Positions 9,479 to 20,299 of a stretch of 64,000 nt of DNA are shown here, piece by piece (the stretch's first letter is position 1; each line of letters opens with the position of its first letter). The notes under the pieces are model-generated. The model saw only the letters and a program-made list of their open reading frames with translations. It was not told the origin of the DNA and made no database searches. The position numbers and the translations under genes are program-made. Source of the DNA: Candidatus Levyibacteriota bacterium (GTDB lineage Bacteria; Patescibacteriota; Microgenomatia; Levybacterales; UBA12049); contig JAYRIM010000028.1 in the NCBI GenBank assembly GCA_041906785.1, positions 204,383 through 268,382 on the forward strand. Reading direction: 5' to 3'.

Positions 9479-12046
9479 ATGATAATATCTTTTATTACTA
9501 CAGTTCTAAATGAAGAAGAGTCGATTGAAAAATTGCTGATTTCAATTTTGAAACAGACAAAATATCCTCATGAGGTGATAGTAGTAGATGGCGGTAGTAG
9601 TGATAATACAATTTCGAAAGTTAAGAATAAAATCTCAACTTTCAAAAAAAGAAATATCAGTCTCAGGGTGATATTAAAAAAAGGGAATAGGTCTGTTGGA
9701 AGAAATGAGGGGATTAAACAAGCAAAAGGAGATATTATTTTAATTTCAGATGCTGGTTGTATTCTGGATAAGAAATGGGTTGAGCAGATGGTAGCTGCAT
9801 TTGTGAATAAAGAGGTCGATGTTGTTGCCGGTTATTATAAAGGAAAGGGAGAAACAATATTAGAAAAAAGCTTGGTACCCTATGTATTAGTAATGCCTGA
9901 TAAAGTAGATCCAGATACATTTTTGCCTGCTTCTCGTTCGATGGCTTTTCGTAAGAGAGTATGGAAAGAAATTGGAGGATTTCCAGAAGAGTATTCTCAT
10001 AACGAAGACTATGTTTTTGCAAACCGTTTAAAAAAGAAGGGATATAAGATTATATTTCAGAAAAAAGCGATAGTTTATTGGCTGCCGAGGAGAACATTAA
10101 AAGAATCATTCAATATGTTTTTTCGTTTTGCATTCGGAGATATAGAATCAGGAATATTCAGAGAAAGTATTTTTTTGTTATATACGCGTTATGCAGTTGT
10201 TCTCTATTTACTTATACTTACTGCGCTTTATAAAAAAATAATCATACTTGTTGCATTATTTTTTGGATTTTTCTTATATGTTTTTTGGTCAATAAAAAAG
10301 AATTATAAATATGTCGCTAACAAACAAGCCATATTATTTTTACCTCTTTTACAATTAACAGCTGATGCTGCTGTTTTATCAGGATCAACATTTGGATTTG
10401 TAAAGCGAATCAGAAACGGGAATATTAAAAAAGTTATAAAAAACAATTTGTTATTGTTTTGTATTCTTTGTATTTATAGTATTTCCGTAATGGCGAGTAT
10501 CACGTGGGGCACACCGCACGAATCACATCCTTTTGCTTATCAAATGGATGAGTGGCATAGTTTACAGTCAGTTCGTTTTACATTTAAAGAAGGGTCACCA
10601 AATATTTGGGGAGCTGCACATGGATTCATGTTTTATTTTTTCATCTCGGGAATAATGCTTATTCCATTGATGCTAGTGGGAATTATCAATCCTTTCATAA
10701 TAAAATCTCCAGTTGTAGACGTTATTATGTTACAGAGAATATTTATAGGGCTTCGTCTAGAAACACTTTTATTCGGGATTACGAGTATCATTGCGCTATC
10801 CTATCTTTGTAGAAAGAATAGTAAAACATTTTGGTACATTCCACTAATTTTTTTTACTTTTTCACCTATCTGGTTAACACTGAGCAATCTTTTTAAATAT
10901 GATATTGCAGTTGTCTGTGGCATTATTCTTTCACTCATCAGTATATTCTATTACGCAAAGCGTCCTACCCTTATAAACTTTATATTAGTAGGAGTTATCT
11001 GTGCATTAGCATTAGCAATAAAAATAAGTAATGCTCCTTTATTCGTGATTTATATTTTTTCTTTCTTTTGGTTTACAAAGAGAAAATATAAACATCTTCT
11101 GGTGGGTTTCCTCGTTTTTATTTTCATATTTCTCATAACTGCAATTCCTGACTTGCTCTTAAAGAACAAAGACTATGGAGATCTCTTGTATGTTACATTT
11201 GTTTCTGGTCCTGCAAGTATAAGTAATTATAATTTAGGGATGCACTATGGTCTTTATCTCCTTTTGGAAGAAATTCCCGCTATGTTTGGCCATGCTCTTT
11301 CAATTCTTTTTTTCTTAAGTTTTATCTTTTTGCTTAGTTTTTTATTTGAATCGTATAAGAAAGGTAAGTTTTTTTTGTATAAATACGAGTTATTTGTAAT
11401 AATTTCTTTTTTTCTCTATATAGGAAGTCTTATTCCGATTGGTTTAGGGGCGGGTACTAATCGGTCACTCGTATTACTACCATTTGTTATTCTTATTATG
11501 AACTTTGCATTGGAGCATAGCATGAAGTATTCAAGCAGAAGGTGGAAGAAAGTAATTCTAATTTCATTATGCATAGGACTAGTATGGCAAATATTTGAAT
11601 CATATACGTGGCTTTCTGTGAAATATGCAAAAGATCCCAGGTTTATATCTTCAGAATGGGTGGTAGAACACATATCTCCTGGCACGTTAATAGGTATTGA
11701 AAATATACCCATTTATCAGATGCTTCCTGATGTCGTACTAAAAGAATTTTATTTACATGAATATAAAGTTTTATATAAAGGATTGTATCGATATGAAGTA
11801 ATTTCTGCACAAACATCAAGACTCCCCAAAATTGTGATTATTTCAAATAGCGAAGTAGAAAAAAAGCTTCTTAAAAAATCTCCAAAAAACGATTTAGTAA
11901 CCCGTTTAAAGAAAGAAAGGTACGTGCAGATTGCAAAATTTAAACCATATTTCAAGTATTATTCGTATGTTAATAATGAAATAAACTTCACTATGGCAAA
12001 TCTTATTCCCATGCCTACAAGTATAATTATTTATAAAAAAATATAA
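9479..12046 (+). CDS. GT2 + GT-C (ArnT/PMT-like) fusion protein
   Basis: N-terminal GT-A (TVLNEE, VVDGGSSD, SDAG, NEDY), followed by a multi-TM domain with a QMDE loop and KYD motif. 855 aa with no internal stop. Confidence 0.8.
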   Translation: MIISFITTVLNEEESIEKLLISILKQTKYPHEVIVVDGGSSDNTISKVKNKISTFKKRNISLRVILKKGNRSVGRNEGIKQAKGDIILISDAGCILDKKWVEQMVAAFVNKEVDVVAGYYKGKGETILEKSLVPYVLVMPDKVDPDTFLPASRSMAFRKRVWKEIGGFPEEYSHNEDYVFANRLKKKGYKIIFQKKAIVYWLPRRTLKESFNMFFRFAFGDIESGIFRESIFLLYTRYAVVLYLLILTALYKKIIILVALFFGFFLYVFWSIKKNYKYVANKQAILFLPLLQLTADAAVLSGSTFGFVKRIRNGNIKKVIKNNLLLFCILCIYSISVMASITWGTPHESHPFAYQMDEWHSLQSVRFTFKEGSPNIWGAAHGFMFYFFISGIMLIPLMLVGIINPFIIKSPVVDVIMLQRIFIGLRLETLLFGITSIIALSYLCRKNSKTFWYIPLIFFTFSPIWLTLSNLFKYDIAVVCGIILSLISIFYYAKRPTLINFILVGVICALALAIKISNAPLFVIYIFSFFWFTKRKYKHLLVGFLVFIFIFLITAIPDLLLKNKDYGDLLYVTFVSGPASISNYNLGMHYGLYLLLEEIPAMFGHALSILFFLSFIFLLSFLFESYKKGKFFLYKYELFVIISFFLYIGSLIPIGLGAGTNRSLVLLPFVILIMNFALEHSMKYSSRRWKKVILISLCIGLVWQIFESYTWLSVKYAKDPRFISSEWVVEHISPGTLIGIENIPIYQMLPDVVLKEFYLHEYKVLYKGLYRYEVISAQTSRLPKIVIISNSEVEKKLLKKSPKNDLVTRLKKERYVQIAKFKPYFKYYSYVNNEINFTMANLIPMPTSIIIYKKI

Positions 12047-12136
12047 TTATTCGACATTGCTAATCTCAACTTGTTTCATTTAGTGAAAATAGTACAAACT
12101 AGTGGGCGGATGTGGTTATAGTGTAGAATTTCTGGT

Positions 12137-12496
12137 TTACTTTTTAGAATTTTTCTTTAAATCTCTTAATGCCTCATTTCGGACAAGTTTAGTAATATTT
12201 TTATCAAGTTGTTCAATAACTGATAAAAGTTTATAAATCAGCATAAATACTACAGTGAATCCAGTAAGAATAACTGTGGTATTATCATTAATACCCAACA
12301 TATCTGTGATTCTGCCTGCAAATAACGGGAATGCAGAAAATACTAAAATACTTAACCAAATAAATAAACTTGCAAAAAGTTTTAATAAAGACTGCCTCAT
12401 TTCTCGTTTCATGAATCTTTGCAGTCGATCGAGAATAAATACAATAGCTATAAAGCAAATAACGATTTGATACACAGATAAAGAATAAGGTTTCAT
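12137..12496 (-). CDS. DUF2304-like small membrane protein
   Basis: Three TM helices plus C-terminal IEQLDKNITKLVRNEAL. Directly downstream of a DPM-synthase-like GT2, the usual pairing. Confidence 0.75.
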   Translation of the reverse strand: MKPYSLSVYQIVICFIAIVFILDRLQRFMKREMRQSLLKLFASLFIWLSILVFSAFPLFAGRITDMLGINDNTTVILTGFTVVFMLIYKLLSVIEQLDKNITKLVRNEALRDLKKNSKK

Positions 12497-12498
12497 AA

Positions 12499-13167
12499 CT
12501 ATAATGATAAAAACATTCTATATACTGTTTTTAAGGCGTTCTTAATGTTTTGCCTCTCGCGTTTGCTTGTAGCGTATTTCGTATAATATACATTGACAGG
12601 CTCTTCTGCAAAGCGTAAATTATTTTTAACGATTTCTCTTATAACTTCACTATAAAATTCATAACGGTCACCCTGAGTATCTATACACGCCATAGCTTTT
12701 TTTCCATAAACTCGAAGACCACATTGACTATCTTTAATTTGTATTCCATAAAAAAGTTGAGTAATGAGATTTGCCATATAATTTGCCCAGATATTAAAAA
12801 CAGGCATAGTCTTTCTAGAAAGGTTACGGTATCCTAAGATAACATCATATCCTTTATTTAATTTATTTAGTAATCGTTCAATATCTTTAGGGTCGTGTTG
12901 TCCATCCGCATCAAATGTTACAACGATATCTGCATGTAACAATTTAGCAGCTTCCATTCCAGTTTTTACAGCTGCTCCTTGTCCTCGGTTAATACTGTGA
13001 TGTAAAAAAATGACATTTTTATTTTTTAAAGCATTTTTCGTATTATCGCTTGACCCGTCATCTACGACAATAATATTGTGATAACCTTCTTGTTGTAAGG
13101 ATTTTATTGTAGTTGGTAACATTTCTGCTTCGTTAAATGAAGGAATAACAATATATATTTTTTTCAT
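12499..13167 (-). CDS. GT2 polyprenyl-phosphate glycosyltransferase (DPM1-like)
   Basis: VIPSFNE, VVDDGSSD, NRGQGAA, FDADGQHDP, DSQCG. Confidence 0.9.
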   Translation of the reverse strand: MKKIYIVIPSFNEAEMLPTTIKSLQQEGYHNIIVVDDGSSDNTKNALKNKNVIFLHHSINRGQGAAVKTGMEAAKLLHADIVVTFDADGQHDPKDIERLLNKLNKGYDVILGYRNLSRKTMPVFNIWANYMANLITQLFYGIQIKDSQCGLRVYGKKAMACIDTQGDRYEFYSEVIREIVKNNLRFAEEPVNVYYTKYATSKRERQNIKNALKTVYRMFLSL

Positions 13168-13193
13168 AATATATGAAAATGTTTTCTATTCTA

Positions 13194-14120
13194 TTACTGC
13201 TTATGTAGATAGTATGTAATCGATTGACGTAAACCTTTTTGGAAAGGCGTTTGTGCTTTCCAACCAAGAATTTTCTCAGAATGATCAGTAGATGCCTGTG
13301 AGTAATCATAATCTGAGATCTTTCTAGGAACTGTTTTGACTCTTGCTTGTCGATTCATTAATTTTTCCAGCAAATTTAGGACCTCGATTATAGTAATTTG
13401 TTTGCCTGTACCTATATTAAAGATGCCATTTGCTTTTTGTGTAGATGCTAGGAAATTTGCATAAGCTACATCTTTTACAAACACGAAATCTCTCGTTTGC
13501 TGGCCTCCCCGTATAAGGACTGTTTTATTATTCATTAATTTTTGTATGAAAGTTGGAATAGCAGGTTTATGTCGTAAAGATTGCCGAGGTCCGTAAACAT
13601 TAAAATAACGAAAGATGCAGCAAGGAACACCATATGTATTTGAAATATATGTAAGATACTCTTCAATAGCAGATTTTGCAAGACCGTATGGAGATAAAGG
13701 TTTTGTCGGTGTATATTCATGAATTGGCATTGTGGTTTGTACCCCATACACGTTTGCAGAAGAAGCAAAGATAATATGACCTACGTTATTTTTTATTGCC
13801 TTTTCAATCAGCTTTGTTGTCATGAGTGTATCTTTATGAGCTCTCCAAGGATAACGTATTGAAAGTGATACATCAACGAGGTTTGAGGCATGGTGAATAA
13901 TATAATAAGGTTGATATTTTCTTAAGATCTTATCAATAGCATGAATACGATTTATATCAACATTATAGAAATCAACCTTCGAATTAATATTTTTTGCTGA
14001 CCCGTTTTTTAGATTATCGACTCCGATTACATGGAAATTTTGTTTTATAAATTCATCTGCGATATGAGAACCTATAAATCCGGCATTTCCAGTGATCAAG
14101 ACTGTTTTCCTATTTGACAT
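13194..14120 (-). CDS. NAD-dependent NDP-sugar epimerase/dehydratase (GalE-like)
   Basis: ITGNAGFIGSH, ASSANVYG, SPYGLAK, RYFNVYGPRQ, RDFVFVKD. Confidence 0.9.
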   Translation of the reverse strand: MSNRKTVLITGNAGFIGSHIADEFIKQNFHVIGVDNLKNGSAKNINSKVDFYNVDINRIHAIDKILRKYQPYYIIHHASNLVDVSLSIRYPWRAHKDTLMTTKLIEKAIKNNVGHIIFASSANVYGVQTTMPIHEYTPTKPLSPYGLAKSAIEEYLTYISNTYGVPCCIFRYFNVYGPRQSLRHKPAIPTFIQKLMNNKTVLIRGGQQTRDFVFVKDVAYANFLASTQKANGIFNIGTGKQITIIEVLNLLEKLMNRQARVKTVPRKISDYDYSQASTDHSEKILGWKAQTPFQKGLRQSITYYLHKQ

Positions 14121-14178
14121 ACTAATATGTACTTATATAATATTTTATGTTATCTCTACAAGAGTTTAATAAAAAATA

Positions 14179-15057
14179 ATGGAAAAAAAGAAAAAAATTC
14201 TTATTACAGGTGGTAGTGGTTTTATCGGGAGACACTTAACTCAACTTCTTCAAGAAAAAAGATACTCTGTATTCTGGCTTGATAAATCAGTAAAACATAC
14301 ATTACCTAGAGTTAAAGTCTTCCAGGGTGATATCCGTAATGAAACAATTGTTAATAAAGCGATGAAAGGTATGGATTATGTCTATCATTTAGCAGGATTA
14401 TTAGGAACTGAAGAACTTTTATTTAATACAATAGAGGCAGCTGAAGTTAACATCATTGGATCACTCACGATTATGGAGGCAGCAGTTAAGAATAACACCA
14501 AGTTATTACTTGTATCAAAACCGAATCCTTGGTTAAATACCTATTCAATTACGAAAGAAACAAGCGAAAAATTTTGCTTAATGTATCAAAAAGAATTCGG
14601 ACTTAAGGCTGTAATTGTTAAATGGTTTAGTGTCTATGGTCCAGGTCAAAAACATTATGGTGTTCAGAAGGCAGTTCCAACATTTATTGTTAGAGCATTA
14701 AAAGGAGAATCACTGCCAGTTTTTGATAGAGGCAGACAAACAGCAGATTTTATTTATACATCTGATGCAGTTAGAGCGACAATACAGGTGGCAGAATCTA
14801 AAAAAGCTGAAGGAAAAATCGTTGAAATTGGGACGGGGAAAGAAACGAGAATAATAGATTTAGCTAAAATGATTCTACGCATGACAGGAAGTACATCTAA
14901 AATTGAATATCTTCCGATGCGAAAAGGTGAAGATAGAGGCGCGAGGGTGGTCGCTGACATTAAATTATTAAATAAACTCACAAATTTTACCCCAAAAGTA
15001 GGTTTGGAAGAAGGAATGGCGCAGACAATTGCTTATTATAAAGATTTACTCAAATGA
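14179..15057 (+). CDS. NAD-dependent epimerase/dehydratase (extended SDR)
   Basis: ITGGSGFIG, YHLAG, YSITK, SVYGPGQ, DFIY. Confidence 0.88.
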   Translation: MEKKKKILITGGSGFIGRHLTQLLQEKRYSVFWLDKSVKHTLPRVKVFQGDIRNETIVNKAMKGMDYVYHLAGLLGTEELLFNTIEAAEVNIIGSLTIMEAAVKNNTKLLLVSKPNPWLNTYSITKETSEKFCLMYQKEFGLKAVIVKWFSVYGPGQKHYGVQKAVPTFIVRALKGESLPVFDRGRQTADFIYTSDAVRATIQVAESKKAEGKIVEIGTGKETRIIDLAKMILRMTGSTSKIEYLPMRKGEDRGARVVADIKLLNKLTNFTPKVGLEEGMAQTIAYYKDLLK

Positions 15058-16145
15058 AGATCGCAATTTTCCATGAATTGCCTCGTGGTGGAGCACGGCG
15101 AGCTATTAATTCTTTTGCTGCAGAACTCACGAAAACTAACCTGGTAGATTTATATATTGTTGAAGACAAGGAAGTAATTAAAGAACGGAAAAACTTTCGA
15201 AAAGTGTATTTTTATCGTTTTGTTCCAGAAGAATGGAAAGGTAAAAATTGGAAAGCAAGATTGTATAAAGATACAATTGAGCTTTTTAAAATTTATAAAT
15301 TACACAGAAACATTGCACGCATTATAGATGCAAAAAAATATGATGTAGTTCTCGTAAGCGCATCAAGATTTATAGAAGCGCCATTTATCATGCGATTTTT
15401 AAAAACTCCTTTTGCTTATTATATCCATGATCCATTTTATAGAATAGTTTATGAAGAGGTTGGAATGCCAAAAAATGTCGATTTTTTTCGTTACAACTAT
15501 GAAAAAGTAAATAGGTATATTCGAGGTGTTTTAGATCGACAAAACGTACATTTTGCTAAGCTCTGTTTATCACCATCAAGATTTATTGCCGAAAAGTTTT
15601 CCCGTATTTATAAAAAAGAGAATAGCGTGATTTATTATGGAGTTGATTCAAAATTTTTTTCACCTTCGAATACTAAAAAAGAGTACGACATATTTTATAT
15701 TGGCTCTCATGATTATATCGATGGTTATGATCTGGTAGAGAAAGCAATACAAACAATGCATAGAAAACCGAAAATAAGATCGATTTTCGTTGAAGAGGAA
15801 TGGATTTCAGAAGACACTGCATTAAGAGATTTATATCGAAAATCAAAAATTTTTTTAGCACCTGCTCGAAATGAAGGGTTAGGTGCTTCCTTAATGGAAG
15901 CAATGGCTTGTGGTATACCTGTAATTGCAGTAAGTGAAGCTGGGCATAAGGAATTGGTTATAGATGGGAAGACAGGCTATTTAATTCCAAGAGACGCTAA
16001 GAAGCTTGCACAACTTCTGGAGGAAATTTTGCCAAATTCAGAAAAGCTTATGGAACTCGGAAAAAATGCAAGAAAATATATGGAAACAGAATGGCTATGG
16101 AAAAAACGAGCTAATGAATTAGAAAAAGTACTAGAGAAGCTATGA
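15054..16145 (+). CDS. GT4 glycosyltransferase
   Basis: GGARRA, YYGVD, EGLGASLMEAMACG. Confidence 0.9.
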   Translation: MKIAIFHELPRGGARRAINSFAAELTKTNLVDLYIVEDKEVIKERKNFRKVYFYRFVPEEWKGKNWKARLYKDTIELFKIYKLHRNIARIIDAKKYDVVLVSASRFIEAPFIMRFLKTPFAYYIHDPFYRIVYEEVGMPKNVDFFRYNYEKVNRYIRGVLDRQNVHFAKLCLSPSRFIAEKFSRIYKKENSVIYYGVDSKFFSPSNTKKEYDIFYIGSHDYIDGYDLVEKAIQTMHRKPKIRSIFVEEEWISEDTALRDLYRKSKIFLAPARNEGLGASLMEAMACGIPVIAVSEAGHKELVIDGKTGYLIPRDAKKLAQLLEEILPNSEKLMELGKNARKYMETEWLWKKRANELEKVLEKL

Positions 16146-16975
16146 GCGTTAATCCAAAAACATTTGATAAAGATTATTATTATAACGTCTGTCTTGGGTC
16201 AGAAGAATTCAAAAAAAGTGGCGGTTTGACTCTGCATCCAAATGTAAAAAAGATGATTGATTCAATTGCGCTTTCAAAAGATATGGAAATACTCGAAATC
16301 GGATGTGGCAGAGGAGATACTGCTTTACATATTGCGAAAAAAGTTAAATCAATAATAGGAATAGATTATTCTTCCGAAGCGATAAAAATAGCAAAAAAAA
16401 TTCAGAAAAAATATCCTAAAAGAATTCAAGAGAAAAGCAAATTTTTGATAATGGATGCTACTAGACTCAAATTTGAAGATAATTCTTTTGATCTTGTTCT
16501 TCTTATTGATACACTCGATCATCTAGCCATACAGGAACAAGAAAAAATGTTTAAAGAAATTTCTAGAGTTCTAAAAAGTGGAGGGAAGATTTTTTTACGA
16601 ACCTGCACAAATCGGATTTTGCTAAATATAACTTTTCCGTATTACATTTATCCTTTAAACAAGATTCTAACATGGGTTGACCAAAAAATGAAGCGGATTT
16701 CTTATGCACCGTTACCTAAAAACCCGAGAACACCAGAACAAGAATACCAGCATATCAATGAGCCTGATTACTTTCAGCTTCAAAAATTATTTAAGAAATT
16801 TCAGTTAAAAGGGAAGATAGAATCACAAGTTGGTTTTTTAAAAGCTGGATCTAATATAAGAACTCTCTTCTATAACTTTGCTATAACCTTCTATCCACTT
16901 TCGAAATACTATCCTTTAAATGTTTTTTTTGCTTCGTCTTTCATCTGCAACTTAAAGGTTTATAAGAAGCAATAG
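16142..16975 (+). CDS. Class I SAM-dependent methyltransferase
   Basis: ILEIGCGRG, GIDYS, DAT.L.FEDNSFD, RVLKSGG. Confidence 0.9.
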   Translation: MSVNPKTFDKDYYYNVCLGSEEFKKSGGLTLHPNVKKMIDSIALSKDMEILEIGCGRGDTALHIAKKVKSIIGIDYSSEAIKIAKKIQKKYPKRIQEKSKFLIMDATRLKFEDNSFDLVLLIDTLDHLAIQEQEKMFKEISRVLKSGGKIFLRTCTNRILLNITFPYYIYPLNKILTWVDQKMKRISYAPLPKNPRTPEQEYQHINEPDYFQLQKLFKKFQLKGKIESQVGFLKAGSNIRTLFYNFAITFYPLSKYYPLNVFFASSFICNLKVYKKQ

Positions 16976-16985
16976 AATATTATGT

Positions 16986-19235
16986 TCAAATATCGGATAT
17001 AACTTTTTGACAATGTGTGACACAATAAAACTTTTCGTTTTCTTCACTTCTGAGTAATATCCCTTTTTTAGTTAAATATTTTTCAAGGTCATGTTCTCTT
17101 ACATAAAAATATTTTATTTGATACTTTTTAACATACTCATCTAATATTGCAGTATCATCATATTCATTTGGCAGCTTAAGAGGGATTAAAATTACTGGAC
17201 GACCAGTATATAGATATAAAAAAGAAGTGTCTCGGCTGGCTATTATACCGTCTTTCTCTGTATTTTTTCTTATCCATGAATACATAGGTTGGGATTTTGT
17301 TTCTTCAAGAGAACCAATACTTTTACGTATCCATAACAGTTGATGCACATCAAATATAAGATATATACATAATGTTATTGCACTTGCTACATAAACTAGT
17401 TGTCTTATTCGATTTGTTAAAACAAAAAATAAAAAAACAGAAAACATATAGGTAAGTGCAATATGGCGTTCGGGTTGAAAAAATACGGACCATGTGAAAG
17501 TAACTATTAAAAACAAAAAAAGTGAAAACAGCAAAACTGGTAAAATACTTACGAATAATAATCGGGTAGGTCTAAATCTTTTATAGAGAAAAAGAAGAGG
17601 AATTATTGATAGAGTACTCAGGAAACGGAACCCTACTAAACTTAAAAAATTTTCGATATTATTCTGTGCTATTCGAGTAGTTATCGCAAGAAAATTATTT
17701 TGTATAAATACGAGAGGAGAAGGAAAAGGACTATAGAAACTATAAACACCTTCATAGAAATGAAGTACTACAAAATGATATGCGTAGAAAGTAAAAAAAG
17801 GTTTACCAAAAATAGTATAATTAATGATGAAATTCGGTATAGATGTGAGAAAGAATGATATTGTTGCAATGCTAAGTAGGACCAGCTTTTTTTTGTTTGT
17901 TACATGAGTTAATCCAACCGAGATAAGAAGAAGTATGCCTTCAATCCTAGTAAGATAACCTAAAGCAGCGATAAAACCTAAGCTAATGTATTTCTTTTTT
18001 GAATCTTTAAGATAAAAATATATTATAAAAAAAATTAATACAAGAAAATAAAAAATTTGTTCGCTTAAAATAAACCTATTCTCAATTATTAAATTTGGAT
18101 TAGATGCAATAAGTAGTATTCCAATAAATGCAGTCTTTTTTGTAATAAACTTTTGAAGTAATATATAAAATAAAACTACATTGACTGCACCCAATATTAA
18201 ATTGAATCCTTGCAATATATAATAATCGTTTTTTATTCTGAGAAGTAAAGAATATATGAAGGGTGTAAAAAATGGTCTACTAAAATTCCCGGATGCAAAA
18301 ACCGGTGAATCATCGAAAAAATGAGATTTTATTGATCTTATGTATCCTTTTCCCGTTGCTAAGTTTTCCGCGACATTAATATAATCAATGCTATCTGGAG
18401 TCCGCATGAATTCTGTATAAAGTAAAGGTAAACGAAAAATAAGAGCAATAAGAAATAAAAAGGTTAATAATATATAACTTTTTTGAAGGAAAGTAATAAG
18501 CTTTTGTCTTTTGAGTAACTGAACAAATCTTTCTCTAATTGCCCATAAATAGATATACAAATATTTTGGTGTTCTTTTAAAGATATTAAATTTTGATTTT
18601 CCTTCAGTTCTCCCTTGCCAAACAGTTGGTACTTCTGCAATTTTTGCTCCCTTGAAATATGCCTGTAATGTAAGAAACATCGATATTTCCACCCCAAATC
18701 TTGCATCAAAGTTTAAACTTTTAATAAGATTTTTCTTATAGATTTTAAAAGAGTTGCTAATATCATGTGTCGGAATACCTGTTATCTGTTTTAAACTTAA
18801 GCATATAACTTTTGAAAAAAAACCTTGTAACCTCGCCCCACCTATCTTTCTGCCTTTCTCCATATATCTTGATCCAGCTACTATGTCATATCCTTCTTGT
18901 ATTTTTTTATACATTCTATTGATTGTTTCAGGGTCATCACATAAATCTGCCATTACTGGTAAAACATATTCTGATTGAGAATGTAAAAATCCAAGATACA
19001 ATGCATTTCCAAATCCTTTTCTGTCTGATGTTGTTTTTAATAATGTAACATTTTTGTGCTTGAGTATATAATTTTTGACTAGCTTTGCAGTCTCATCTGT
19101 TGATTGGTCATCTACTACAAGATATCTACACGGAACTTTAACAAACCTTTGTAACTTATCTAATGTCTTAATGATAGTAAATTGTTCGTTGCGGGCTGGG
19201 ATAATGATAGTTAATCTATGAAATTTAGTTTTCAT
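16986..19235 (-). CDS. DPM1-like GT2 + GT-C (PMT-2-like) fusion protein
   Basis: IIPARNE, VVDDQSTD, MADLCDDP, GSRY, GKSK, followed by a multi-TM domain with a TPDSIDY loop, LSE and TRIEG. Confidence 0.8.
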   Translation of the reverse strand: MKTKFHRLTIIIPARNEQFTIIKTLDKLQRFVKVPCRYLVVDDQSTDETAKLVKNYILKHKNVTLLKTTSDRKGFGNALYLGFLHSQSEYVLPVMADLCDDPETINRMYKKIQEGYDIVAGSRYMEKGRKIGGARLQGFFSKVICLSLKQITGIPTHDISNSFKIYKKNLIKSLNFDARFGVEISMFLTLQAYFKGAKIAEVPTVWQGRTEGKSKFNIFKRTPKYLYIYLWAIRERFVQLLKRQKLITFLQKSYILLTFLFLIALIFRLPLLYTEFMRTPDSIDYINVAENLATGKGYIRSIKSHFFDDSPVFASGNFSRPFFTPFIYSLLLRIKNDYYILQGFNLILGAVNVVLFYILLQKFITKKTAFIGILLIASNPNLIIENRFILSEQIFYFLVLIFFIIYFYLKDSKKKYISLGFIAALGYLTRIEGILLLISVGLTHVTNKKKLVLLSIATISFFLTSIPNFIINYTIFGKPFFTFYAYHFVVLHFYEGVYSFYSPFPSPLVFIQNNFLAITTRIAQNNIENFLSLVGFRFLSTLSIIPLLFLYKRFRPTRLLFVSILPVLLFSLFLFLIVTFTWSVFFQPERHIALTYMFSVFLFFVLTNRIRQLVYVASAITLCIYLIFDVHQLLWIRKSIGSLEETKSQPMYSWIRKNTEKDGIIASRDTSFLYLYTGRPVILIPLKLPNEYDDTAILDEYVKKYQIKYFYVREHDLEKYLTKKGILLRSEENEKFYCVTHCQKVISDI

Positions 19236-19257
19236 TTACATTATAATTATACCAGCG

Positions 19258-20283
19258 ATGAATCTTCTTATAACTGGTGGATGCGGATTTATTGGTACAA
19301 ATATTGCTCTTGAAGCTCGTAAACGTGGATATAGAGTAGTAGCATTTGATTCACTTTTCCGTGACGGAGTTGAACAAAATGTGTCTATTCTAGAAAAAGC
19401 AGGAGTGGAAGTATTTCGGGGAGATGTAAGATGTGAAGAAGATATTAAGAGATTAAAAATTGAATGTGGAATATTTAATGGCATAATTCATCTTGCAGCA
19501 AATCCGTCTGTGCCATTCTCTATTCGATATCCACGATATGACTTTGAAGTTAATGTAGTTGGAACAATAAATATGCTTGAACTTGCCCAGAAGATGAATA
19601 ACTGTCCCTTTATTTTTGCATCTACAAGTAAAGTATATTCAGATATAATGAACGATTTACCAGTCATCGAAGAAAAAACACGCTATCTTTGGGAAGATAC
19701 TCGATTTGAAGGAATAAACGAGGTATATCCAATTGATGGATTTGGGAAATATCCACATTCCCCATATGGTATTTCAAAGCTTGCAGCAGATCAGTATTGT
19801 CAAGAATATTTTCATATGTTTGGAGTCCCTACGGTAGTGAACCGAATGGGGTGTATCTATGGGTATTACCAAAAAGGTGTCGCTGACCAGGGATGGATAG
19901 ACTGGTTCATCAGGTCAATCGGATTTGGAGATAAAAACATTATATTTTATGGTAACGGAAAACAAGTACGTGATATGCTTTGGGTAGAGGATGTTGCCCG
20001 ACTATATATTGACGAACTTGAAAATATTGACAAAGTGAAGGGAGAGGTATTTACAGTTGGAGGAGGAAAGGAAAATACATTGAGCCTGTCAGAAGCTGTG
20101 CAAGAAATTGAAAAAATAACCGGTAAGAAAGCAAAAATTACTAAAAAAGAATGGAGACATGCAGATCAGAAGATCTACATTTCAGATATTAAAAAAGTGA
20201 AAAAAGTACTTTCTTGGAACCCCACAATCTCGCCGAAAGAAGGAATAAAACAGATATATAAAAAATATAAAGAATATTTGTAA
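19258..20283 (+). CDS. CDP-paratose 2-epimerase (RfbE/Tyv)-like NDP-sugar epimerase
   Basis: ITGGCGFIG, ASTSKVY, HSPYGISKLAADQY, R.GCIYG..Q.G..DQGW, GKQVRD, WR..DQ..YISD. Confidence 0.8.
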   Translation: MNLLITGGCGFIGTNIALEARKRGYRVVAFDSLFRDGVEQNVSILEKAGVEVFRGDVRCEEDIKRLKIECGIFNGIIHLAANPSVPFSIRYPRYDFEVNVVGTINMLELAQKMNNCPFIFASTSKVYSDIMNDLPVIEEKTRYLWEDTRFEGINEVYPIDGFGKYPHSPYGISKLAADQYCQEYFHMFGVPTVVNRMGCIYGYYQKGVADQGWIDWFIRSIGFGDKNIIFYGNGKQVRDMLWVEDVARLYIDELENIDKVKGEVFTVGGGKENTLSLSEAVQEIEKITGKKAKITKKEWRHADQKIYISDIKKVKKVLSWNPTISPKEGIKQIYKKYKEYL

Positions 20284-20299
20284 CTTTGAATTTTTTAAA

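Noticed and set aside
14128-14156. dif-like site (…ATATAA-tatt-TTATGTTAT)
   Set aside because: Wrong arm spacing and a poor XerC arm; lies in an AT-rich divergent promoter gap.
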